In this document: one piece after another, positions 50,601-63,414 of the stretch
Position numbering within the stretch: the stretch's first letter is position 1
Layout of the letters: each line of letters starts with the position of its first letter
NCBI GenBank assembly: GCA_030704615.1
Contig: CM060731.1
Span: 24,800,001 to 24,864,000, forward strand
Reading direction: 5' to 3'
Length of the DNA: 64,000 nucleotides
DNA from: Takakia lepidozioides
Lineage: Eukaryota; Plantae; Bryophyta
Program-made: the position numbers and the translations under genes
Notes under the pieces: model-generated
The model's input: only the letters and a program-made list of their open reading frames with translations
What the model was told of the DNA's origin: nothing
The model's database searches: none

Positions 50601-51532
50601 ACAGAAACACAGGACGGGGAAAGTTTGCAGAACCTGCACACAAAAATATTGGTCTTGGGAGGGGCAAGCCCTGGGGTGAAAGGATTCAGGGGCACACCTT
50701 CCCACTCACTTTCGTTTGGTTTAGTGTTGTTTCTCAGGCGAGGGCAAGAAATATTCACGCACTTGCAATGCCCAACGCAAACCGACCTTCGAAATTTCAA
50801 TCCAATGTCGTTGTGGATGTTCGATGTTTTTGTCCTGTACCAAGGGTGTCCGTCATGTTTCTTGTCCATGCCCTGCAAAAGCCCAGCTAGTCCACTGGAA
50901 GACGTGGGAGGGTTGAGCTCAAACAAGATGTCCCCATCAAACTCTGCTGGCACATATTGAACCCGCTGCACCCGAAGGGACTCCCAATCAACAAAACGCA
51001 GCTCGCTCTTGCACCCAGGCACCCCTACGAGGGCTTTCAATTTCGGAATGACACTCGTTATCTCCTGCAATTTGTCATCATCCAAGAATGGAGTCTGCAC
51101 TGACGGAGGAATCTCAGAAACATCCTCCAAGGACGAGTCTGAAAGAGTCACGAATGTAGTGGATGTGCTCATCTCTTGTTTCACATGAACTGTGCCCTTC
51201 TGCTGCACGACCGATGCTGCAGTGCCAGGGGTAACTACTGATCCTGCTGATTGTCTTCTCTTTTTTCCAAGGACACGGTATGTGCCTGGAAGGACTATTC
51301 ACTTCCTTCCACACTCACCAACCAATGGTCTCTCTAAGTGCCCAGAATCCAAATTCCCATCCTCGTCATACACCTCTTTTTTAACAAGCAGAGAACCCAA
51401 TTCCAGAGGGAACACTGTAACCAGCTCATCCTCATGAACAACTGCAAACCCAACCTCATTTGCAGTGGTAGTCAGTGGAAGACTACCTGCATTGGAATGA
51501 AATCGAGCGAGTCTATCTCCCTCCCTGGACAT
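47694..51532 (-). mobile_element. MULE-type element copy 2: near-complete GCM-like + DDE + SWIM transposase pseudogene
   Basis: GHPWYRTKTSN...RRSVCVGHCKCVNISC...CRFC...C...IHMGTHEHP; WLMFDH, FMADSAQAN, CLFHW, CNLVETVHN; CTCPDF. Intron at ~49380-49509; stop and frameshift near 50170-50125 and 48720. The upstream boundary was not located. Confidence 0.85.
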
Positions 51533-53338
51533 GTTTTCCTACACTGACCCAAAGTTGCGATCCACAAAGGGTCCCCCGAACTGATAGCCCGCAATTCTCG
51601 AAAGGGGATCCACCCCAAACGAACTGAGGTGAATAAGGGTAGCACTGACCCAAAGACTGCGGGCGATGCATGCAACGGATATAAGAATGACATGCACGGC
51701 GAAAGTCTGCACCGAACTTCGCAGTCAGCCACACTGAGAGACACCAACCAGAAAAACTGTTTTCAAAGACAAGAAGCCACAAGAAGCCGTGTTGTATTTG
51801 GATGAAAAGCAAACCCTGAACATGACATGAAACCATCCATTATGGAAAGACGGCAATAAACAGGAAACCCCGAATCTAATGAGGTTGTGTTGTGCCAGAA
51901 GAGCACAGTACAAACATTGACACCCCGGGGGACACCTCGCACGAATATGTGCAACACATCACCATTGCCGACACAAACCTTTATACCGAATGACCCCATT
52001 GCGACGGTGACGGCGAAATGCAAACCGCAGGGTAGGCAGTACAACATACGTGGATGCATATGTGACGCATCACAATTATTGCGAATCTGCAAGTACTACT
52101 CGAAATTGAACTAGCAATAGATTTTTACGGCACTTCCGAATTTGAAAGAATGCAAGAAAGGTGAGTGTAGTGATGCACATGGAACAAGGTCAATATATGA
52201 ATTTTCCCCTAGCATTTTCTTTGCAAAAAGAATTTGGCATATTCTTCTCAAGTTTTATCAGTGAATGGCTGCATATAATTTGGTAATTAGATGGATGTCG
52301 CACTTCGAATTAAACTTCCATATATTTTTAGATGAGGCTTAAAAAATTGCGTTAAAATTGAAGTTGAAGCTGTGAAAGCATGTTTGAACCACTGCTGGAG
52401 CACCGGAGAAGGCAGACCCTAGAGCATGCATACCAAGGTCCAAAGACTGAATAGAGAATGCATAAACCATGCATACCGAGTTTTATTCGTCTCTATCCAT
52501 TTGAGCAGGTTGCCAACAAGGGAAATGGTGAATCCTGCCAACATCCTGCTGGTACAGCAATGAACCCAGAGAATGAAACCTGAATTCTGTCGACGTAAAG
52601 ACGTATTCTGCTGGGTAATAAGTACATGACCTCCAGGAGAGTTCAATATCACATATAACCCTTATGATTGGCACAACCACATTGTCATCCATGTACTGCA
52701 TCAATTGTCCCTCTTGCAGCTATATTCTTTGTGAATGGAAACCTGTTAAGTAAAGAGGTACATGTTGTGGAATTGCTTTCCACTTTCATACGACCTTCCT
52801 GCACAAAGGCAACCAGGAGTCAGTGCCCACGTAGCTTCCATGTCTCGACATCTATGAAGACATTGCCCATGAAGCAGGAAGGCCACTGAAGACATTAAGG
52901 CAAGACATACAAGTGGGGTACATTAAGTGCAGTGAAATGAACTACACTGATGAGATCTGCAAACATCCAACTAAGTCGGGGACTAATACATGGTAACCTT
53001 GAAGCGAGGATGTATGTCATTATACTGAAACTCCTACTATTATCCTTACAAAAACATACATGTAGTAATACATATTTTAGACTGGTATGACAATATTGTG
53101 TTTCCTCTATAACCACAAGCACCATGGAAAAAACGTAACCACACACCGAAACATCAGAACACCAAATACAGGCAATCAGTTACACATCCACTCAGAGCAT
53201 ACATAAACATGAAATATAGACATTGCAACTCAGAACAAAGACAAATCGCTACTCCATGCATACAATGGCACGAGACCACATTGTTGGAATACTGCTTTGA
53301 AAGACACACAGAAACAAGCACCCAACATTAAAAGCAGC

Positions 53339-53951
53339 TGTCACGGGCATAGCCCAGAGGAACTTACCAGGAGTAAATACTAGAAGTTACCATGTTACCG
53401 TGTTACCGGAAGTTACCATGATCCAAGTTACCACGATCTATCATGATTTACCATTACTTACCATGTTACCGAGAGTTTACCAAATTACCAAGAGTAACTT
53501 GGGAAACTGCTCATGAAGCTTCCTTTGGAGGAAACTTCTCTATCAAGATACCTCATTTGTTTAAGGAAACTTCTCCATCAAGAAACCTTCATAGGGGAAG
53601 CTTCTTAGGAGACTTCGACTTAGTAGCCAGTATATATAGGAGGCGAGATTGGACACTCTTCAGTCTCGCCAACACAAGTTCAAGCTACTCTTGTTCGCAG
53701 TCCCAGTACTCCAGTCCAGCTTCCAATACTCTAGTCCAGTTTCCAGTATCTGGTGCCCCAGTCTAGTTTCCAGCATTCCAGTATTCGAGTCGAGTTCCAG
53801 TATCATGTACTCTTGTCTATTGTTATAAAGATCATCTTGATTCATATTTACCCACCATGCATTCGGCCATGCCGACCTTGACTTTTTGTTTAGTCTTGTA
53901 CATCTAGTCTGATCTCTCTGTTTGTGTTCAGTCATGTTCTCGTCCTTGACA
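53339..53951 (+). repeat. 5' LTR (613 bp) with short GTTACC repeats in U3 and TATA at 53631
   Basis: Direct repeat of 58993-59639. Confidence 0.95.
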
Positions 53952-56900
53952 GTTTGACGAGACTAAAGTTTGTTCTTTAGTTAGTTAAGATGGAAGACAC
54001 ATTTGCAGAAATGGTCGCCACATTGCAGAGTCTTCAGCTCCAGATGCAAGAACTTCGTGCCTCTACTGCCCAACTACAAGTTGATCAGTCTCAAGATCTT
54101 GACAACGCTCTTAACATTTTGCAACAACAAATTTCAGAGTTGAAGGAGTCGAACAATGGATCTTTAAACTTACTAGTCCCTACTACAACAAATCCTACTA
54201 CAACGGTTCTTTCAAATCTTCAACAGATTATAAGGGAACCAAAGGTCAGCATGCCCGAAAAATTTGATGGGACGAGATCAAGATTTCGCGGTTTTGATCA
54301 ACAAGTACAATTGTTCCTACGACTATATCCACAACGCTACCCTGATGAAGGTATTCAAGTGGGATTCGTGGGCACCCTTCTATCAGGCACTGCCCTATCT
54401 TGGTTTGCACCGCTATTAGAGAAAAATTCGCATTTACTATACAATTTTGAAGCGTTCATGTCCGAGTTCACTGTAACGTTTGAAGAGAATGATAGAGAGA
54501 GAGTTGCAGAGACAAAGATGCGAAATCTTTGACAAGGAGCACGTCCAGCTTCCGTTTATGCTGCCGAATTTCGACAATTTACGTGCGACCTCGACTGGAA
54601 TGAGAAGAGCCTCATTAGTCAGTTTTGATGTGGCGTAAAAGAGGATGTAAAAGATTTATTGCTGACAATATCAAACGTGAGTACACTGAGCGAATTCATC
54701 ACCCAAGTCATTGCATGCGATAATCGTTTGTTCGAAAGACGTCAAGAGAAGCGATCTGGATGGTCGACGACGCACCATGCCGCAACTACTACGGCACCAA
54801 ACACAACGATCCATCAGACATCCGGTAATGATCCTATGCAGATTGATGCTGTCCGATTCAAGCCATTGACGCCACAAGAAAAACAAAGATGACGCTCGAA
54901 TGGATTATGCCTTTATTGCGGAGAAGATGATCACATAGCATTAAACTGCCCCAACAAGAGAAGATTCAAAGCTTGGGGCACAACTCAAGTGTTCGATACG
55001 AGAAGGTCGGAAATTGAAAATGTCCAGTCACAGTAGGGACCATGCGGCTGGACACCCCAAATTCCTCACCAAAAAAAGGTCTCTTTCTACCTCCAGGCCC
55101 TGTACCTTGTTTCACTGTTCCAGTAAAAATCAGGATGCAAAATCGAGATATCTCCGTAGAAGCACTTTTGGACTCGGGCGCTTCAGCGTGTTTTATTGAC
55201 AAAGACTTTGCGAAACAACACAATTTAACGCTCGTAAGAAAGAAATTCTCGGCCCATGTTGAAGTCATCGATGGACGACCGTTAGCATCAGGAAATATTG
55301 ACCATGAAACTCGACCCCTTGAAGTGAAGCTTAAAAATCAAGCATCACAGATTGTTTTTCAATGTCATCCAATCTCCAACGAATCATGTGATCCTTGGAC
55401 TTCTCTGGTTTGTACTTCATAATCCTGGCATCGACTGGCGATCACAAAAACTTTCGACAAGACAAAAATGCAAAAGTACCAAAGGTATTCAACCCCTGTT
55501 TCTTGGAGCTAGAGCCTTCAAGAGAGCTACGAAGAAAGACGCGACATTTGCACTTTATGCGACTCCGATCAAAACCACAACAGACCAAGGTACTTCGACA
55601 TTACCCACTCAATATCAAGATTTCAAGGATGTCTTCGAGAAGAAAAATGCAGACATGTTGCTAGAACATTGACCTTATGATTGTGCAATTGAGTTGCAAG
55701 AATGAGCTCAACCACCATTCGGCCCGATCTACAATTTATCTCAGACGGAGCTGGCTACTTTACGCGAATACATTGATAAAAATTTGTCAAAGAATTTTAT
55801 TCGACATTCAAAATCACCCGCGGGAGCACCTATCTTATTTGTGAAGAAGAAGGACAGATCGTTACGCATGTGTGTGGACTATCGTGGGCTCAACAAAGTC
55901 ACTATAAAAAATCGTTACCCACTATCGTTGATTTCCGGACTCCTCGAACAACTTGGACGAGCATATTTTTTCACAAAGATCGACTTGAGAGGAGCTTACA
56001 ACCTTGTACGAATAAGAGAAGGAGACGAATGGAAGATTGCTTTTTGCACAAAATACGGACATTTCGAATACAGTTTTATGCCTTTCGGTCTTACAAATGC
56101 TCCAGCAATTTTTCAACACATGAGGAATGACATCTTTCGAGAATTTTTAGATGACTTTGTAGTCATCTATTTGGACGATATTTTGATATTTTCACAGAAT
56201 GAAGAAGAACATGGTCGCCATATACGCCTTGTCCTTGATAAATTGAGGGAAAAGTGACTATATGCCAAGTTGGAAAAATGTCTTTTCTACCAATCTGAAG
56301 TCGAATTTTTGGGCTACATTATTTCCGACAAATGAGTCTTTATGGATCAGAAAAAAATAGAAACCATCATCGAGTGGATTAAACCAACTTCGGTCCGAGA
56401 TGTACAATGTTTTCTAGGATTTGCAAATTTCTATAGAATCTTCATCAATGACTACTCCAAAATTGCTGCACCATTGACACGATTCACAGGGAAGGACAAA
56501 TTTGTATGGGACGAGAAGGCTGACCAAACATTTGAAAGGCTGAAGCAGACATTTACAACGGCTCCAATACTAGTACATGCAGACCCATCTAAACCATTCT
56601 TTTTGGAAGCAGATGCATCGGACTTTGCATTTGGCGCGGTTATCTCTCAACACGGTGCAGTTGGCCGACTTCACCTTGTTGGTTTTCGTTCTCGCAAATT
56701 TTCCGCTACGGAGATCAATTATGAAATCCATGACAAAAAACTTCTAGCGATTATCGATGTTTTTGAGGAGTGACGTCATCTATTGGAGGGAGTTAAACAT
56801 CAGGTCACTGTCTATACCGATCACAAAAACCTTGAGTATTTTATGAGTGCTCGTGTTTTGAATCGACGTCAAGCGAGATGGAGTATGTCACTAGCAAGGT

Positions 56901-58992
56901 TTGATTTTGTTATTATCTACCGTCCCGAACATCTTCAAGAAAACCAGATGTTTTTTCTTGACGATCGTATTTTGCGCCAAAAGAAGGGGATGCAGCTTTT
57001 GACCAACAAAAATCCGTCATCTTGAAACCAACAAATCTCCAATTCAATATGTTATCTATATCCACCTATGATGATGTAGAGATCATAAAGGAGATTCAGG
57101 AAGCACTGAAGAGCGACTAATTTGCCACGACACTACGAAGTCAACTAAATCGACCTCGAGATAACCCACATGTTACAAACGACTTCGAATTCAAAGATGC
57201 CTTACGTACCTCCAGGATCTACACGACTTCGAATTCTTTAAATATGTCATGATCTTCCGGCTGCAGGACATTTCGGCTTCAACAAAACAATGGAATTGAT
57301 ATCCAGGGACTACCTTCTTCAACCATTACCCATTCCCAAGGGCCCATGGTCGTCCGTGTCTATGGACTTTATTACGGACCTTCCAATTTCCAAGACCACC
57401 GATTCAATCCTTGTTATTGTAGATCGTTTTACGAAGATGACACATTTCATTCCATGTAATAAGACGGTTACCGGCGAGGAAACTGCAAGACTCTTCCTCA
57501 ATAATATCTACCGCATTCATGGACTCCTGAAGGACATCATATCTGATCGAGGACCACAGTTCATATCAAATTTCTAGAGGGGATTATTTCACATATTGGA
57601 TACTAAGATCAACCTCATCCATAGACTGATGGTCAAACCGAACGTGTAAACCAGATTTTGGAGCAGTATCTTCGCTATACAATAAATTATCACAAAGATA
57701 ATTGGACGGACCTTCTGTCATTGGTTGAGTTTGCCTACAACAACACTATACATTCTTCGACCAAACCAAAAATAAATAAATTTCCAATTATGGTCATCAT
57801 CCTCGAGCAAACCCTTTCCACATGAAGACTGTTGGAAGCCCTGCTGCAGAAAACCTTGCTACTCATCTTGCTATGATTCACAAAGAACTTACATTCAACC
57901 TCGCAGAAGCTCAAAAACAATACAAGGAGTATGCAGATCAACGTCGCCAACTCCAACCCCAGTTCAAGGTCGGAGATTGTGTGTGGCTTCTTCGAAGGGA
58001 CATACAAACCTCGCGACCATCAAGGAAGTTGGATTATCAACGCCTGGGACCATTCAAAATTATTCGATAAATAAATCATATCAGTTTTCGGCTTGAACTC
58101 CCATGAAGTATACGCATCCATCCAGTTTTTCATGTTTCATTATTGGAGTTGTATCATCTATCGAATATTCCAGGGAGAGTCTCCATACTACCTCCACCAA
58201 TCGAAGTCAATCAGGAAATTTAGTATGAAGTCGACGAAGTCCTAAACTCTCGCATCAAGTATAAACGTCTTGAGTATTTCGTACATTGGAAAGGCTACGA
58301 CATCAGCGAACGAACGTGGGAACCTTCATCCAACCTCGCCAATGCATCTGACAAAGTCCAAGAGTTTCATCAACGATATCCAGCTAAGCCCCGAGCTACA
58401 CGTGAATAAGACATCACAACGATGATATCAGCCAAGTTAGCTTCAAGGTGAAGACTCCACATTCAATGTACCTGATACACGCTAAGGATGGAGGAGCACC
58501 ACACATCAGTATATATAGCTACACTTCCAGCACTCTTGCATCTTGTATTGGCAACATGGAGTCACAGGAACCAGATACATTGGAGCTGTCGCTTACCTAA
58601 TTACCAGATCAGCCGTTCCGACTCTCACGACCTTCAACATCACGCCGACGCTCTCGAGACGATGGGCCACCAATGCGACGCGTATTTCCTCGTCTGGACC
58701 CCGTACGACGGCAAGTGGAGTTTACTCGAAGTCTGATAATTCTGTTGGAGGTTGAGGCTTCGGACCCAGAGGGCAATGAAATCATATTTGAAGGCAGTTT
58801 CGAAAATAAGAATGCTCAAATTACTTCGTGGTCCCAAGTTCAAGGTGTTGGACACTATCGATGGTTGCAGGGACTTATAAATCATTTGAGTCAAGAACGA
58901 AGAGCCGAATACTTGACAAGTATCATTCGCCGGATTTTGGATTTTCTCCAACTCTAAGCAAATCCAAGATTTTATCGCTCCTCGAGGGGTGA

Positions 58993-59639
58993 TGTCACGG
59001 ACATAGCCCAGATGAACTTACCAGGAGTAAATACCAGAAGTTACCAAGTTATCATGTTACCGGAAGTTATCATGACTTACCGTAATTTATCACGATCTAC
59101 CATGATTTACCATGATTTACCATGTTACCGAGAGTTTACCAAATTACCAAGAGTAACTTGGGAAACTGGCTCAGGAAACTTTATTTGGATGAAACTTCTC
59201 CATCAAGATACCTCCTTTGTTTAAGGAAGCTTCTCCATCCATAAACCTTTGTTTACTCTTGGAAACTTCTCCATCAAGAAACCTCCATAGGGGAAGCTTC
59301 TTAGGAGACTTCGACTTGGTAGCCAGTAAATATAGGAGGCGAGATTGGACACTCTTCAGTCTCGCCAACACAAGTTCAAGCTACTCTTGTTCGCAGTCCC
59401 AGTACTCCAGTCCAGCTTCCAATACTCTATTCCAGTATCTAGTGCCCCAGTCTAGTTTCCAGCATTCCAGTATTCGAGTCGAGTTCCAATATCATGTACT
59501 CTTGTCCATTGTTATAAAGATCATCTTGATTCATATTTACCTACCATGCATTCGGCCACGCCGACCTTGATTTTTTGTCTAGTCTTGTACCTCTAGTCTA
59601 ATCTCTTGTTTGTGTTCAGTCATGTTCTCGTCCTTGACA
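58993..59639 (+). repeat. 3' LTR (647 bp)
   Basis: Direct repeat of the 5' LTR with substitutions and an extra internal ~35-bp unit. Confidence 0.95.
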
Positions 59640-59959
59640 GCAGCAAGCACACATAAGAACATCAGGTTTGTAACCGTCATGGGTCATTAGAGGAATATGT
59701 TGGGTTACATGCATACAAGCAATGGTAGTTGGCCACTCATTTTAGTAGTGCTTCTCACTATGGAAGCCAAGAGAAGAATTTTTGTGTTCCTCCTCCACAT
59801 TATGCAATGTCAACACTGTCAGGTACGTACCCAGCCTTCCTCGTTTCCTCAGACAGTCTCTATTTTTCAGCATAGATTACATCAATTTGAGGATGCACTT
59901 GATCTTCTACATTGAATGCATGACTCCATTCTGATACCTCTGTCTTCCATTATTTTTCC

Positions 59960-60300
59960 CACCTATGTTGTATCGTTCCACCCGCCAGCATTGAGAACAC
60001 AAATGAAAGTGATCATGTTGGGTGATACCCCTTCCTTTATCATTTGCTTATAGCTTGTGAAAGCCTCCCTACCATCCCCACGCTGAGAATATCCTGCAAT
60101 CATTATGCATCCAACACACTCATGTACTTGGCATACATGTTGACAATGGTGTTGAGTAGAAAGATGCTTGATCATGTGAATCCACTTAGGATGATGTGAG
60201 CATGCACCTGTTGTCCCACCTCTAGGTCATTACTTTTATGCACTGTCACAAGAGACAAACACAAGTACTGGAGTCTGCTGAAACACCTTCTGGATTCAAT
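59960..60300 (-). pseudogene. PLS-class PPR gene fragment
   Basis: MIAGYSQRGDGREAFTSYKQMIKEGVSPNMITFICVLNA plus upstream LEVGQQVHAHII; frameshifted. Confidence 0.75.
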
Positions 60301-60640
60301 ATATGGAACACCTGATCTTTTTAGTCAACCTGCACTACGTAGTGCCATCAAATCCCAAGTACGAGAAGAGTTGATGTTAACTCCCTTCCTTGGTCCTGCT
60401 TAGAAAGTAGGGGTTGTGGTGGAGGTTCTTGGTTCAGATAGTTGTGTCTGATTCAACTCTGCCATCCTGCATTACTGAAAACTCTTGCCAGAATCAGACT
60501 CACAAAATAAATTATGGTGTAGCAAAAACTACTTCAAAAACATGATCTGATCTTCATGAGGACAGCCTCCTTGCAACATAGGTTTTTGGGTTGGGCACCC
60601 TTTCCAAATTGCAGCATCAAACAAATATACAAATTGGGTC

Positions 60641-63370
60641 AATTGGGCCAAATAGGGCCATTCTGGCAGGTTGAATCCAATACTTATTGGAAGCTCAAAC
60701 AGTATGCGGCAACGCACACTGTTTGAGCCCCCTTATTTGCTTGTTTTTTGATGTGAAATTCGGGTACTTAGGGCCACTCTGGCAGGTTGGCTCCACCCTG
60801 AATTGGAAGCTCAAACAGTGTGCGGCAACGCACACTATTTGTGCCCCCTTCACAGCCTGTTTTTTGATTTGAAAATCGGCCACTCAGTGTAACTATGCCA
60901 TGTTCAAATCACCCCTTATTGGAAGCTCAAATAGTGTGCGGCAACGCACACTGTTTGAGCCCCCTTTTTGCTTATTTTTTGATGTGAAAATCAGGCTTGT
61001 GAGGGCCACTCTGGCAGGTTGAATCCAACCCTTATTTGAAGCTAAAACAGTGTGCAGCAAAGCACACTGTTTTGAGCCCCCTCTCCGCTTGTTTTTTGAT
61101 GTGAAAATCGGGCACCTAGGGCCACTCTGGCAGGTTGAATCCAACACTTATTGGAAGCTCAAACAGTGTGCGACAAGTTTTGAGCCCCCTCTCTGCCTGT
61201 TTTTTGATGTGAAATTGGGCCAAACACGGCCACTCTGGCAGGTTGAATCCACCCTTTATTGGAAGCTCAAACAGTGTGCGACAACGCACACTGTTTGAGC
61301 CCCCCTTTGTGATTGTTTTTTGTTGTGAAAATATTGCACATAGGGCCACTCTGGCAGGTTGAATCCACCCCGAATTGGAAGCTCAAACAGTGTGCGGCAA
61401 CGCACACTCTTTGAGCCCCCTTATTTGCTTGGTTTTTGATGTGAAACTCGGGCACCTAGGGCCACTCTGGCAGGTTGACTGCACCCTGAATTGAAAGCTC
61501 AAACAGTGTGCGGCAACACACACTCTTTTGTGCCCCCTCTCTGCTTGTTTTTGGATGTGAAATTGGGCCAAACAGGGCCACTCTGGCAGGTTGAATCCAC
61601 CCCTTGTTGGAAGCTCAATTAGTGTGCGGCAACGCACACTGTTTGAGCCCCCCTTTGTGATTGTTTTTTGTTGTGAAAATATTGCACATAGGGCCACTCT
61701 GGCAGGTTGAATCCACCCCGAATTGGAAGCCCAAACAGTGTGCGGCAACGCACACTGAGCCCCCACTCTTCTTGTTTTTTGATGTGAAATTGGGCCAAAC
61801 AGGGCCACTCTGGTAGGTTGAATCCACCCTTTATTGGAAGCTCAAATATTGTGCGGCAATGTACACTGTTTGAGCCCCCCTTTGTGATTGTTTCTTGTTG
61901 TGAAAATATTGCACATAGGGCCACTCTCGCAGGTTGAATCCACCCCGAACTGGAAGCTCAATCAGTGTGCGGCAACACACACTGTTTTGAGCCCACTCTC
62001 TGCTTGTTTTTTGATGTGAAATTGGGCCAAATAGGGCCACTCTGGCAGGTTGAATCCAACCTTTACTGGAAGCTCAAACAGTGTGCGGCAACGCACACTG
62101 TTTGAGCCCCCTTATTTGCTTGTTTTTTGATGTGAAATTCGGGCACCTAGGGCCACTCTGACAGGTTGACTCCACCCTGAATTGGAAGCTCAAACAGTGT
62201 GCGGCAACACACATTGTTTTGTGCCCCCTCTCTGCTTGTTTTTTGATGTGAAATTGGGCCAAATAGGGCCACTCTGGCAGGTTGAATCCACCCTTTATTG
62301 GAAGCTCAAACAGTGTGCGGCAACGCACACTGTTTGTGCCCCCCTTTGTGATTGTTTTTTGTTGTGAAAATATTGCACATAGGGCCACTCTGGCAGGTTG
62401 AATCCACCCCGAATTGGAAGCTCAAACAGTGTGCGGCAATGCACACTGTTTTGAGCCCCCTCTTCGCTTGTTTTTTGATTTGAAATTGGGCCAAACAGGG
62501 CCACTCTGGCAGGTTGAATCCAACCCTTATTGGAAGCTCAAACAGTGTGCGGCAACGCACACTGTTTGAGCCCCCTTATTTGCTTGTTTTTTGAAGTGAA
62601 ATTTGGGCACCTAGGGCCACTCTGCCAGGTTGAATCCAACCCAGTTTGAAGGATTTGGGGAGTTTGAAGGGTCAGGAGATTCGTTTTGATTTGGCAAGTG
62701 ACACGCCAATCTTTTGAAGGCCCTACCGGTATAGGGACATGGAGAGGTCATCTGATTGGAAGCTCAAACAGTGTGCGGCAACGCACACTGTTTTGAGCCC
62801 CGTCTCTGCTTGTTTTTTGATGTGGTAATTGGGCCCTTAGGGCCACTCTGGTAGGTTGAATCCACCCCGAATCGGAAGCTCAAACAGTGTGCAGCAACGC
62901 ACACTGTTTGTGCCCCCTTCACAACCTGTTTTTTGATTTGAAAATCGGCCACTCAGTGCCACTATGCCATGTTCAAATCACCCCTTATTCCACTCTGGCA
63001 GGTTGAATCCAACCCTTATTCGAAGCTCAAACAGTGTGCGGCATCGCACACTGTTTTGAGCCCCCCCTCTGCTTGTTTTTTTATGTGAAATTGGGCCAAA
63101 CAGGGCGAGTATGCATGCTCAATACACCCATTGTTGGAAGCACGAACAGTATGCAGCAACGCACAATGTTTGTGTCCCCTTCTTGGCCCCCTCTCTGCCT
63201 ATTTTTTTATGTGGTAATGTGCCACATAGGGCCAAATGTCATGTTCAAAACACCCCTATTTGGAAGCTGAAACAGTGTGTGGCAACGCACACTGTTTTCG
63301 GCCCCCACACTGCTTGTTTTCTGATGAGAGATTGGGCCACACGGGGCCTGTCTGCCATGCTCAAAACACC
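60641..63370 (-). repeat. Satellite-like array 2: ~23 monomers of the same ~116-bp palindromic unit, inverted relative to array 1
   Basis: Reverse complement of the array 1 monomer. Non-repeat insert at ~62644-62755; the last 2-3 units (63110-63370) are degenerate. Confidence 0.97.
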
Positions 63371-63414
63371 ATCGTTTCTTGCCTCTCTCTTATATCAATT
63401 TGAATGAACAACCC

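Larger units (their letters stand above)
53339..59639 (+). mobile_element. Full-length but decayed Ty3/gypsy chromovirus (Tcn1-like) LTR retrotransposon
   Basis: TG...CA LTRs at 53339-53951 and 58993-59639; TSD GCAGC (53334-53338 and 59640-59644); PPT GAGGGGTGA. Gag PEKFDG with CCHC; protease LLDSGA; RT YLDDILI; RNase H ADASDFA; integrase [13 protein letters not shown]; chromodomain YEVDEV...VHWKGY...TWEP. Many stops and frameshifts. Confidence 0.97.

Noticed and set aside
52400-52900. Possible WD40-like gene fragment on the minus strand (PFPLLATCSNG)
   Set aside because: Too short and degenerate to support without a search.
43582-63370. Arrays as giant TIRs of one transposon
   Set aside because: Outer ends are asymmetric (one abrupt, one degenerate) and no TSD is visible; retained only as the less likely alternative.
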